A stretch of DNA of 64,000 nucleotides from Callorhinchus milii (taxonomy: Eukaryota), in contig NW_024704749.1 in assembly GCF_018977255.1 (NCBI RefSeq), forward strand, positions 10,230,001-10,294,000. Direction: 5' to 3'. Below, piece by piece: positions 12,601 to 44,713 of this stretch. The position numbers and the translations under genes were made by a program. Under the pieces are notes generated by a model. It saw only the letters and a program-made list of their open reading frames with translations, did no database searches and was not told the origin of the DNA. Each line of letters begins with the position of its first letter. Positions within the stretch are counted from its first letter, which is position 1.

Positions 12601-14158
12601 GGTAAATGGAGTTGAGGTACAGATCAGCCATGATCTGATTGAATGGCGGAACAGGCTCGAGGGGCTGAAAGGCCTCTTCCTTTTCCTGTGCTTCTCTGAC
12701 CCTCTCCCTCTCCGACCTTCTAGGAGCCTCCACTGGGTGACGCTTCAGCTACTCCAGGTGCCCCTCACCGAGAGGTCGGAGGTAACCGAACACCTGGACT
12801 CCGCCATCACAGGTTGGTGTATTCGCTGGGGCGGGGCGGGAGCCCAGTGGTTAGAGCACACACCTCGTAGGCAAGAGGACCCGGGTTCGATTCCTGGCCA
12901 GGGCGAAACCTTAGGCAAGTTTCCTTTCCACAAGCCTGTTTACCCAGCAGTAAGTAGGAATCCAGTTGTTAAGCAGATTGTTTTCCTGGGGTAATATTAC
13001 CCCTTCCCCCCAAAAATTGGTCACTACACCACGACTGTTTGTGAGACGCTGCTGTGCGCAATTGGCTGCCGCATTTCGCCCACTAAATCAGTCAATTCAC
13101 TTTGCAGTGTATCCCGCAAAGCGCTTTAAGGCGCCTCAACGACGTGATAAGGTTCTACGTCAAGTGCCAGGATTATTATTATTAATATTATTAACGTGGG
13201 AGTGTGACTTGTTATCTCTGGGGTTGAGATGTTCCGGACGCCTGCGCTGTCGCGCTCTCACCGCGTTTCCGCGCCCGCGAGGCTAATGTCGCGTCGACGT
13301 CTCTCCGCCACAGCGATCATCGAGGTGGACGCCAAGCGAGCGCCTCAGGACAAGCTGGCCTGCGTCTCCCGCTGCAGCCGACACATCTTCTCCGGCCTCC
13401 GAGTCTCCAGCCAGGAGCCGGCCGCGGCCGACGACTTCCTGTCCAGCCTGATCTACGTGGTGCTGAAGGCCAACCCTCCCCGGCTCCAGTCGAACATCCA
13501 GTACATCGTCCGCTTCTGCCACCCCAAACGGCTGATGACGGGCGAGGCCGGTTATTACTTCACCAACCTGGTGAGTCCTGGGCCAGCGGGACATCGGGCG
13601 GAGGAGCAAACTCTAGACCCTGTTACTGGGGAGGCTCCCAGAGTAAATAATAATAATTTGGTCACTCAGTCCACCGCTGTTTGTGGGACACTGTTGTGGG
13701 CAATCGGCTGCCACGTTTTGCCCACAAAATAGTCGATCCACTTGACATCAGCGAAGCGCTTTGAGACGTCGCGCTGACGAGATAAGACGCTGCATTAAAT
13801 GCAAGGATTATTATTAATAATTCTCTCTCTCTCTCAGTGCTGCGCTGTGGCTTTCATCGAGAAGCTGGACGGTCCCTCCCTCAACCTGACGCATGAGGAG
13901 TTTGCCGAGTACATGCACGGTCGCGGGAAAGCGGCAGCGCCGAAGCCGGAACGCCCGCTCCCGGACGGAGCGGGTCCCGGCGTCCGGAGAATGCACCGGA
14001 ACCTCCAGCTGCTGGCGGAGCTGAGCGCGAGGCAGGAGCGCATCCTGAGAAACGCCAGGGAATTGGAGTCCGAACTCCTGGAGTGGACGCGCTCCGTCAG
14101 AGAGGAGGTGGAAGAGACCATCCGGAAATTCCCGCTGCACATTAAGCGGGCGGGATGA
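9636..14158 (+). CDS. rabgef1l: RABGEF1/Rabex-5-like Rab5 GEF (A20 zinc finger, helical bundle, VPS9, coiled coil), divergent paralogue, ~437 aa
   Basis: join(9636..9799,11385..11509,11674..11825,11950..12019,12173..12308,12724..12812,13314..13570,13838..14158); all GT-AG, frame-consistent (1314 nt). Motifs [85 protein letters not shown]. Family is certain; paralogue status is inferred. Confidence 0.93.
9950..10095 (+). repeat. Local tandem duplication with G-runs
   Basis: ggggggtgatggggtgatgtgtctgcgtgagtgctttgcttgtgtg occurs twice, followed by poly-G. Confidence 0.8.
12550..12700 (+). mobile_element. CR1 LINE 3' end
   Basis: gaggtacagatcagccatgatctgattgaatggcggaacaggctcgaggggctgaa; same family at 18745-18880 (-) and 60060-60262 (+). 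Confidence 0.75.
12830..13190 (+). mobile_element. tRNA-derived SINE, full length
   Basis: cagtggttagagcac..gggttcgattcc head, family body, ggattattattatt tail. Confidence 0.85.
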
Positions 14159-14291
14159 AACGCCCGCATGTCCCCTCGGCGGGTTTGAGCCCGAGAACAT
14201 TCCCAGCACCACGTGGTTTGCACAGACTTGTCGCACTGCAGACCAACAGCGAGAAGGATTCGCGTTAATTATTAATATATGTTAAATACGG

Positions 14292-14297
14292 AATAAA
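14292..14297 (+). terminator. Polyadenylation signal of RABGEF1-like
   Basis: AATAAA ~135 nt after the stop codon. Confidence 0.6.
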
Positions 14298-14952
14298 AGC
14301 GATCAGAAGATTTCACCAACTCCCACCGCGTGGTGTTCCACAGCGGGAAAGGGGGTATTTACAAACCTGCTCCTTAAGTCTGGTCTTATCGGGTGTCACG
14401 ACGCCCGGGTCAGTCGGTAGCACTCTCGCCTCAAAGAGTCAGAAGGATGATGAGGTGCTATTATCAAACAAAGTCCAAGAGAAATTAATAAGGTGCTGTA
14501 TCAGGTGTAAATATTATCACGTCATTGACGTCTCAAAACTCTTCACAGAATATACTGTAAAGTGGATTGACTGCATATTTTGTGGGTGCAACGTGGCAGC
14601 CAATTGCGCACAGCAGTGTCCTAAATTACGTTTAATGAGTTATAAGGATGATTGGGTGTGTGGTTACAAACTTGCTCATGGCGTGGCAGCTGTTGGAACA
14701 AGAACTTTCAAGGGTCAAAAAAAAAAGTGAAGACAAGTTCCTGGAAACGAAAAGTATTTGGGGTTATTTGACAGAGATGAACGTGCTGAATTCTTTGGGA
14801 AATTGCACGGACCAACGGTTCTGCCCCAAACTATTTCTACTCTTGTCTGTCAGCTATTGGGATCTGCTTGATCCGCTGGACTCTCCAGTCTCGCTCTGCA
14901 GCTTTCAGTGGGATTCAGGCTGGGGACAGAGTAAGAGTGAGTTGGGACAGTT

Positions 14953-15312
14953 CGTGGAGTGCCAGAATGTAGTGGATAGCGAGCAGATCTGGGTTTGATT
15001 CCAGGGCAGGATGAACATTAGCTAAGTTTCCTTACTCCACACGCCTCTGTTTACCTTTGCAGTAAGTAAGAACACAGTCAGTCGATGGGTAGATCGCTCT
15101 CCAGGCGTAACCCTTTTTAAAATAAATAAAAATAAATAAATTTGGTCACACGATCCACAACTGTTTGTGGGACGCTGCTGTGCGCAATTAGCTGCCGCGT
15201 TTCACCCACAAAATATAGTCAATTCACTTTACAATACATCCTACAAAGCGATTTGAGATGTCTCAACGACATAAGGCGCTGTATCAAATACAAGGATGAT
15301 GACGATTATTAT
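14953..15312 (+). mobile_element. tRNA-derived SINE in the RABGEF1L-MORC2 intergenic region
   Basis: Head gtggagtgcc..gtagtgg..gggtttgattcc, family body and tail. Confidence 0.8.
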
Positions 15313-15438
15313 TCGCACTCCTTAGAAGAGGGAGCTGGGCACGACTGAAATGCTGGAAAGCGTGACATTTCCCTACACACCCACAGTGAGTGACACAAGA
15401 GCACGAGGGGGCAGCTGGGCAGGTGGTACAGTTGTATT

Positions 15439-15444
15439 TTTAAT
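15439..15444 (-). terminator. Likely MORC2 polyadenylation signal (ATTAAA)
   Basis: Minus strand ttgtattatatttATTAAAaatac, ~205 nt after the stop. Confidence 0.55.
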
Positions 15445-15649
15445 AAATATAATACAAAAATTCAGGACAATTGAACAAAGGTGTAAAACCTAAAGCCCCA
15501 GAATGAAGTTACATAATTTTTGTGTTTAAAAAAACAAACAAACACTGCGACTGGTTCCAGTCAGTTCTCACCCGAGAGAGAGTGAGTGAGTGAGTGAGTG
15601 TGAGAGAGAAAGAGACAGACAGAAAAAACACACTCTGCCGGGTTGCTGA

Positions 15650-36166
<20,517 letters not shown>

Positions 36167-36169
36167 GGC

Positions 36170-36700
36170 GCCTCTCTCTCGCGCTCTCTGTGCCGGGGCT
36201 GTGCCTAAACGCGGAGCCGAGGCTTCTCCGGGCCTCCGGGTGACCGGCGGCACAGACAGGCCCAGACCGGCCCCTCGCTGTGAAGCCTCCGCCCCTCCGC
36301 TCCGCTCTCCGCGCCGCTCCCCTCAGCGCCTTCTCGTTGAGGACCTCACGGCTGTTCGTGTCTCTGTCGTTAACCGCCGACGCTGCTCCAGGCCCCGCGT
36401 CGCCCGCCTCCCCCACAGCGCGCAGGCGCACTTACGGCTCCCTACCACCACCACAATGCGCAGGCGCAGTTAGGACCCCCCCTCGCGCCTCTTTCCCCCC
36501 ACCGCGCAGGCGCAGTTACGAGCCCCGCGCCTCTTTCCCCCCACCGCGCAGGCGCAGTTACGAGCCCCGCTCCACTCCTCGACCCCGCCCCCCTCCCCCC
36601 CGGAGCCGCCGCCGCCGCCGCCGCGCAGGCGCAGTTACAGCCCTCTCTCTCGCTCGCCGACCGGCCAGCCCCGCGCATGCGCAGTGCCACCCCCCTGTGT
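36170..36700 (-). promoter_or_regulatory. MORC2 CpG-island promoter/5'UTR with six NRF1-type motifs
   Basis: CpG-rich; GCGCAGGCGCA at 36420, 36458, 36504, 36546, 36623 and GCGCATGCGCA at 36673. Confidence 0.75.
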
Positions 36701-37314
36701 GGGGAGGGGAGCAACATAGGAACAGGAGGAAGCCATTCAGCCCCTCGAGCCTGTTAAATAAGCAATAGGGCAATCACCTCGCGTGCGGTACAGCGCCGCG
36801 TCGCGCCTTTGAGACGTCTCAAAGCGCTTTGCGGCTGAACTGGGCCCCGAGGTGACGACGACGACAACGACGACGACAACAACAGCGTCACACAGGCCTG
36901 GCCACGGAATGTGGGAATCCACCCGCCCGTCTGCGGTGGTCTCCGGGTTCCTGAGCCAGGAGGGTCCGCGGCAATCCAGGGCACAGCCGACCGGCGACAG
37001 CCCATCGGCCAGACTTGGGGGAAGTGCAGACCGGTCGCTGGTGGGGGGGAGTCATCCCATTCGGCTCCCGTGTCACCCCGCAAGCCAAAGCCCTAACGGG
37101 TCGGGGGGGGGGGTCCAAGCTCGGCGAGTAGCAGGCAAGCGGGCCAGACAGCGGTAGCGATGGAAAGCTATGTTGTTTTAGCTGGTGAGACTCCAGCAGT
37201 TACGCCAACGCACACTCTGAGGTCCCACCCGCCCGCCCGTCCCCAGGTCCCGGTTCTTGCCAACCTGTGCCTAATACCTTCCTGAATTAGGTGAACAGGA
37301 TGTGTCCCTCCAGG

Positions 37315-37352
<38 letters not shown>

Positions 37353-39154
37353 CATTCCAACAATCTGTCTCTGGGATTTCCATGTGTAGATGGGATGTAT
37401 GGAATTCTCAGTTTGGTTTGGAGACTCTTAAGCAACGGTGATGGGTTTCCGCATTGGTCAAGACACCCGGCTGCCTCGGTGGCGCAGTCACCGACACCTA
37501 CCTTCCTAAAATTGCATACTTAAATGACATGAAAAATAAAAGAAATACAGACACACGACCATCTCAAATGGTTTTCATTTTATTTGTGTAGATTTTTGCA
37601 TTTTACTGTCTGGGGGCCACTGCTCTGGGCAATTGGTAGCCAGGTTTCGCCCACAAAATACACAGGCAATGCACTGTGCAGTTTATTCTGGGAAGTGCTT
37701 TGAGATGTCTCAACGATGTGGCAAGGCACAATATAAAATGCAAGGATTATTATTATTACTGGTGACAAACCACACTTGAGAAAGCACTTTTTTTCACAAA
37801 ACCTTGCACAGACTACAGAAAAAACAAGAACAGCACACTACAGAAAAAACATCTGTTTTTTGTACCGATGCTGAAGCTGGCCAATAGCAACTGCACACCT
37901 CATGCGGTGGGGGTTGAGGCGAGAACTGTTGTGACCACACAAAATCACGTGGGTGACTGCAAGCACCACAGTGACCGCATTTGAGAACCGCTGGCTTAGA
38001 CTGTGTGATTTCAAAGTCCCAACGTGGGGCTTGGACCCACAAACTTCTCCTTCACATCCCCCGCCTTGCCCGACCCACCTCTCAGCCCCTACCCTCTGGA
38101 ACTCCATCTCATAGTCGCTCCACCTCACCCCCTCTCTTGCCTCCTCTCAAGACCCTCTTCTTAGACCGTGCCTTTGGTCACCCTTCTACACCTGCCTCCC
38201 CTCCCTCCACCTCTCCTGGTCCCAACTACCAGCTCGGGTGCAGATCCCTGACTGTCCAGCGCATTGGGATGTCCTCCTGACATGAAAGGCGCTACACAAA
38301 TGTAATTTGTTGTTGTGATAGCAAGAGTGCTAGATTGTCAGGTCACACATTCAGGCTGTGAAACAGAGGGAGAGAGACAACCACTATATTCACAGGAACG
38401 TTTTAAATAAATGCACTTAAGTCGTAGGCTTTGTGCTTCTAAACCAAATTATAAATAATGATTCAAATTTAATAAAATGTTTGTTACCTGTTAGTTTAAA
38501 AGACAGAAAGAGGGGTTAAATATACAACTAAAATGTTCCAGCTTCTGTTGCAGATTACAGTTACAGCTAAACATGACTCACTATAGGCAAATTTTATGGG
38601 TCAAAATATATAGTGGAAACTCATCTTAAAGTCACGCCACTAATGTTGCCAACTTGCTAACGTGGTCAGTTTGGCTTTCAACGATGGCGTTTATGTTGGG
38701 AATGCGTCTCAAAATGTACTGCAAAATGTAGTGACTGGATTTTGTAGGCAAATTATAATACACTTGTATTTGATATAGTGTTGAGACATCTCAAATTACT
38801 TCACAGGATATGTTGTAAAGTTAATTGGATTTTTGTTTAAAAGGGATTATTACCCCTGGAAAGCAATTGGCGACTCAACTAACAACCGGGTTCCTACGTA
38901 CTGTTGGTAAACAGAAACGTGTGGGGTAAGAAAACTTGCCTAAGGATTTGTCTCGTCCAGGAATCGAATTTACAAATATGCCGGGGTGAAAGAATCATAC
39001 ACCAACATGTATGATTTTTTGCTATGTAAGAGTATGATTCTTTTTTACATGCTCTTGTATAAAAAAAGTCAGGACTCAGTCGTGAGGTTTGTGCTATTAA
39101 TGAAATCAAGCTTCCTCAGGCTTTTTGCTGGCCTGACGAGTGAGTTTCCACTGT

Positions 39155-39885
39155 ACAACACAACAACAACTTGGACTTATATAGTGCCCTCCACGCCGGA
39201 TGGCGTCTCAAAGCGCTTTACAGTAATGGATCCCGGGGCCGAGCCAGGGTGGAGGTGGGGGTGGGAAGGTGACCAAAGGCTCGGTCGAAAAGAAAGGTCT
39301 TCAGCAGAGACCTGAAAATGGGAAGGGAGGGAGCGAGACAAAGGGAGTGAGGAAGGGAGTTCCAGAACCTCGGGGCACAGTGGCTCAAGGCACGGCCGCC
39401 GAGGGTGGAGTGGAGGACTTGGGGGACGAGGAGGAGGCCAAACCCGGAGGAACGAAGGCAACGGGTACTGTGCGGAGGAGAGAGGAAGTCAGAGAGGTCG
39501 GGGGGTGCAGAGGAGTGCAGGGACTTGAATACGAGGGTGAGGATCTTGAAATCGATCCTCTGTGGGATAGGGAGCCAGTGCAGTCTGGCCAGGACTGGGG
39601 TGATCGGGGAGCGGAGTTTGGTGCGGGTGAGAATGCGGGCGGCAAAGTTCTGAATGAGTTGGATTTTATGGATGGGAGTGGATGGGAGACCGGCGAGGAG
39701 GGCGTTTGAATAGTCCAGCCGAGAGATGACACAGGCATGGACCAGAGTTTCAGCGGCTTTTGGGGAGAGGTATTAGTGGAGACGGGCAATGCGTCGGAGG
39801 TGGAAGAAAGCAGTGCTAATGAGGGACCGGATGTGGGGGAGGAAGGATAATTGGGGGTCAAACCTGACGCCTCGGTTGAGTACAC
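39155..39885 (-). mobile_element. L2 LINE, 5'-truncated (RT C-terminus plus 3' tail)
   Basis: Minus frame reads ..AAETLVHACVISRLDYSNALLAGLP..IQNFAARILTRTK..ITPVLARLHWLPIPQRIDFKIL.., with an upstream in-frame stop; ends in (GTT)n. Confidence 0.9.
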
Positions 39886-40063
39886 ACTGTAGTGACACTG
39901 CTATTGACATGTGACCTGCAGAATGGATTATCCAGTTACTTCAACGCTGTTCAAGTCTCATGTAGGAACCTTTCAGGAGAGCGTTCAGAAGCTGTGTTTC
40001 CTGCTGTTCTCAAACACACTCCATCAACAGTTTCTCCCAATGAGGCTGGAGATGTGTCCACAA

Positions 40064-43000
40064 TCACAAGTCCAAAAGCTGCACCTGAAACAGAAACAAG
40101 AGTCATGACTTAAAGCGGGGGGGGGGGGGAGATTGGGGAGGGTCCAACAGGCAGCCCTGCGGGCTACATCCGGGTCCCGGGATGATGATTTCGCCCACAA
40201 AATAACACCGTCAATCCACTTTACAGTGTATTCTGCGAAGCGCTTTGAGACGCCTCGAAGACGTGATGAGGCGCTGTATCCGATGCAAGGAAATGTACGA
40301 TCGAGTAATGACTTGGTGATGCTTGTAGATTATTGCAGCAAGATCTTAGATAGATACTTGGGGATTGAGGGGTGTGGAGGAATTGATTACAATGCGTTAT
40401 GGTTTAATCGGTGAAACAGGCTTGATAGGCAGAACGTTGGCCTTCAGTAGCTACGCAAGGAGGGGAGGTGTTCATATGCGTTGCAAATTAATGAATTTTG
40501 ATGACAAGAGAGCGAGAGTACAGGCAGGAGACAGTGTGTACAGATATACAGGAGCCCAGGAGCCTAAGTACCTTGTGCAGGTTCAAAGCTTTGGGGCTGG
40601 TTTTCCTGCTCAGCCCACACACTGCAGACAGGCAGAAGATAATCATTGCCAGAAGAAACAGTGCGTAACTGGTCGACAATAAATGGCGCCCACTGAGAGC
40701 TCGCTCCTCCTACACAGCAAAGAGAACAGGAATTGATTAGGCACTAATAATCAAAACGGAGGCTTCTTAAGAGGCCATCGGTCCAAAATCAATTGTTTTG
40801 GTCTTTGTCGAATTTCACATCTCGGAGGTCTGAATGTACATAAAGTCCTGTTATCCCCATTTTCTTTCCAATTCAGCCAACTGCGCACAGCAGTGTCCCA
40901 CAAACAGTCGTGGATTGAATGACCACATTTTTTTTTGTTAGGGATTATTACCCCTGGAAAGCGATCCGCCGATCAACTAACAACCGGGTTCCTACTTATT
41001 GTTAGGTAAATAGAAGCGTGTGGAGTAAGAAAACTAAAGGTTTTGCCCTGCCCGGGAATCGAACCCGAATCCTCAGTTTGCACTGGTTAATGCTAATTAC
41101 TAAGCAGTGTAGGATTGATTTGGGTAATTGGAGGGTCAGCTAATATGCAAAAGATTCAAGGCGTGAACAGAAAGAGGCTGAGAGGGTGAATGCTACATGG
41201 AAATACTTTTGCATGGAAATGTTGGCACAATCTCAAAATGACAGCATTCCTAGGCACAGCAGCAGCAACTTTAATGGTGCAAAATAACACAAGTTAAACT
41301 TGTTTGTTGCACCGAATATTCTGCGGGGGAAAAGTTCACGAATTGCACGATCACCGATATAGCAACACCTTTGAAATCTTTGTGTTTGACTCATAAAGCT
41401 ACAGGACTCCACGTAACATTTCAGTCATCATGATCTGGTATTTCAGGGACCCGGGCCTCCAAAATCTACTGGAATCTCTGTACCGGCAACAACAACTTGC
41501 ACTTATATAGTGCCCTCCACGCAGGGTAACATTTCAGAGCACTTAAGACAGGCCCTCACAACACTAAGCCCCAGAACTCTAGGGGAAGATGAGGTAGACT
41601 TGCTAACACATAACCATGAGGCTGCCCGAGGCAATGAGACAGCATCCAGTACTCACCTCTGACAACCAAACGAAAAATGCGGGGTCCACTGTGTATTGGG
41701 CCTTGTAGCATTGTACAGTTGGTGAAGTCTTCATTGATCCCTCCACTGATCTAGACTTTGGGTGAGGAGCTGTGACATCGGTGAAATTCTCCAATTTACA
41801 AGGAGGAAAATATTTCCTGGGAACAAATAAATGGTATTAATAATAATCCTTGCATTTGATATAGTGCCTTATCACGTCGTTGAGATGTCTCAAAGTGCTT
41901 CACAGGATATACTGTAAAGTGGATTGATTGTGTATTTTGTGGATGAAATGTGGCAGCCAATTGTGCACAGTAGTGCTCTAACCACTATGCTACAGGACTC
42001 CACGAATGTGTGTGACGTGGGATTGGAAACCAGTCTCTCCTCTCAAAATTCACCAAATGCCATTAGAACTAGTTTGCTCCGTATGTGAAAAGCATTATTT
42101 GAAGTTTTATTAAAAATGGTTCAAATGGTCTCATATAAATACAATTTAAATAGGATCACTGCTCAACTACATGTGTGAGGGTGTTTTTTTCTCCTGCAGA
42201 GAATATTCAGGAATGTACGATGTACTGGTCCAGAAAGCCAGAGATGGGAAATCATTCTGAGGGAGTTAACAGAGACGGATAGATAATTGGGGAGTAAAAC
42301 TATGAAGAGGTACGAGATGGGAGGTGGGATAGGGAAGATTTGCAAAAGATGTGCCATGTGGCGAAATGGGCTCAGAAGCTGAATGGCCTTCTCTTGTTCC
42401 CAATTCTTTATACATTTCATAAGATCTCCATGACCATTCGCTGCGAGAATCCGCTGGCTGGCTAGTTTCCCTGCTCCTCTCCTGAAGGTGACAGATTTCT
42501 TTTTGGTCAAAGGACAGCAATCAGCAGCAACGATCTCGGAGAACGGTTAGGGTCAGTCAGTTACATTTTGAGCCACAGACGGATCTGATGGAATTTGTTT
42601 CCGACGACGAGCGAGGAGTCACGCCGTGCACGTCAGAGTGACATTCGCACACTGTGGCGAACGATTTGACAATTCTCTCTCCCTCCCCCGCCCCTCTCTC
42701 CCGGCTCAGTTTTCACTCACCGCGCTTGGGGGAGGACGTGTGCAGCTGCCGTCATTGTCACGCAGGTAAGTGAAGTCTTTGTCGCTGAGGAGTTGACTTG
42801 GGAGGGGTATGGTCCTGGTCGCCAGGGCAACACCAGCGAGATGTTAATCATCTCCTTCGCTTCAGAATCTGAAGAGGAGAAGAATTTAGTGATGATGTGT
42901 AACTAATGCCAACATCCTCACCAAAAACCCACTGGGGATCTCCCAAAGCCAGAGCTTTGACAATTGTGCAGTCCGTTAAGTGTAGTGGTTAGTGGGCTCG

Positions 43001-44268
43001 CCTCGCAAGAGAGAGGACCTGGGTTCGATTCCCGGGCGGTGCGAAACCTTAGGCAAGTTTCGTAACTCCACACGTCTTGGTTTACCTAGAAGTAGCAGTA
43101 AATAACCTTTTGGGGGGGGAAAAAAATATTTGGTCACTCAATCCCTGACTGGAAATATGCCTGAGGTTTCTCCCTGCCTGGGAAGCGAATCGAACCCAGG
43201 TTCAGATGGCAGCGTAACCGAGAGACTTATAATGAGAGCCTGGTTTAATTGGGGTGGTGTCAGTGCTGAGGTAGCAAGGTGTGCGATCTTGACTCATCTC
43301 AACAGCCCCACTGAGGCCCTCTCACCAGCAGGCTGTGTTCAGTCTTCACTGAACGCTTCAAACTCACCCGTCAGACCAAACCTGCTCCCATTCGCCACGG
43401 CCTGGAGGTAAGTTCGGTCACCAGACACCCCTTTGGCAATGCCAAAAGCCATTGGGACCAGCAGAGAGACGCTGACTGGGGTCCCTGATGAGAGGGTGAC
43501 TGTGCCCGGACGTTGGTTCTCTGTGGGACGAGACAAGGCATCGAGGTCCGGCCGTCTCCTTGTAGCACCGCCATTACCCTCGGCGTCCCGCAGTCTTTCT
43601 GTATCCGTCACACGCAGAGCTATGTTTTCAGATGTACAGAATTCCTGCTCACTCAGAGATTTTAAGAAGATGTTCCTGGCCTGGAACCAAACAAAGCCAC
43701 AAATGATCATTTATGCCAAACAGTGTTAAGCTCTTCGAGACGCTGTACACACATTAATGCTACACCACCACAGCAACCACATTGATATAGGGCCTTTCAC
43801 ATTGGGAGGACGTCCCAAGATGCTGGAGAGTGCAGGGGTTGGATGGCAAGGAGGTGTGGGTTGGTGGGGAAACGATGACCGAAGGCACAGTTAAAGGGGA
43901 AGGGGCTTGAGTCGATACTTTAAGGAGGCGAGGGAAGGGGTGAGGCGGAGGGACACGGTGATGAAGTGAGGGCAGAAAGGCTGAAAGCCCGACTGCCCAA
44001 TGGCTGATTCAGGGGAGGTGATGGGACTCTCAGTTACTGTGCTCGGCAATGAATATTGTAAAGTACTTTGAGGTGTTTGAATGTGATAAAGTGCTGTAAA
44101 CATTCTTACCTGAGTGTCTTCCACGCTCGCCACCTTGTGCGACTGGATGTAGATGCCCAGACTGAGGAAGGCGATGGCCAGAGAGCTGATGCTCAAAACA
44201 AACACGACCACTGGGGGCCGTCGGTAAGCCCAGTGCTTCACGTTCTCGACCAGGTGCCACTTCACCAT
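40064..44268 (-). CDS. TMEM248/TMEM219-family two-pass membrane protein (TMEM248-like paralogue), ~312 aa
   Basis: join complement(44110..44268,43368..43680,42721..42868,41657..41816,40572..40709,40064..40084), 939 nt in frame. N-terminus [32 protein letters not shown] resembles TMEM248 LENLKVYISSRPPLVVFMISVSAMAIAFLTLG; [13 protein letters not shown]; second [21 protein letters not shown]; short last exon VQLLDL*. Non-coding exon 1 donor at 46805. Confidence 0.88.
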
Positions 44269-44336
44269 CGCGGGAGCCAGGAGAACCTGGATTCAAAGTA
44301 ACATCAAACTGAGGGTAGACGAGCTTGTGTGGCATT

Positions 44337-44713
44337 GGGAGTCCCGTAGCTTAGTGGTTAGAGCACCCGCCTCGTAAGCGCGAGGACCCAGGTGAGATTC
44401 CCGGGCAGGGCGAAACCTTAGACAAGTTTGCTTACTTCACACGTCTCTGTTTACCTGGCAAATAGGAACCCGGTTGTTTGTCGATTGGGGGATCATTTAC
44501 CGGAAGTAATAATCCCCCCCCCCCACCCAAATACAGTCAATCCATCCACGCCTGTTTGGGGACGCTGCTGTGCGCAATTGGCTGCTGTGTTTCGACCAAA
44601 TATTACAGTCAATTCACTTTACAGTGTATTCTGAACAGTATAAAGCACTTTGGGATGTCTCAATAATGTGATAAGGGGCTATATCAAATGCAAGGATTAT
44701 TATTATTATTATT
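44337..44713 (+). mobile_element. tRNA-derived SINE, full length
   Basis: gggagtcccgtagcttagtggttagagc head to atcaaatgcaaggattattattatt tail. Confidence 0.88.

Noticed and set aside
36700-40000. TUG1-like divergent lncRNA upstream of MORC2, as in mammals
   Set aside because: Region is mostly TE fragments and probable TMEM248L 3'UTR; nothing recognisable
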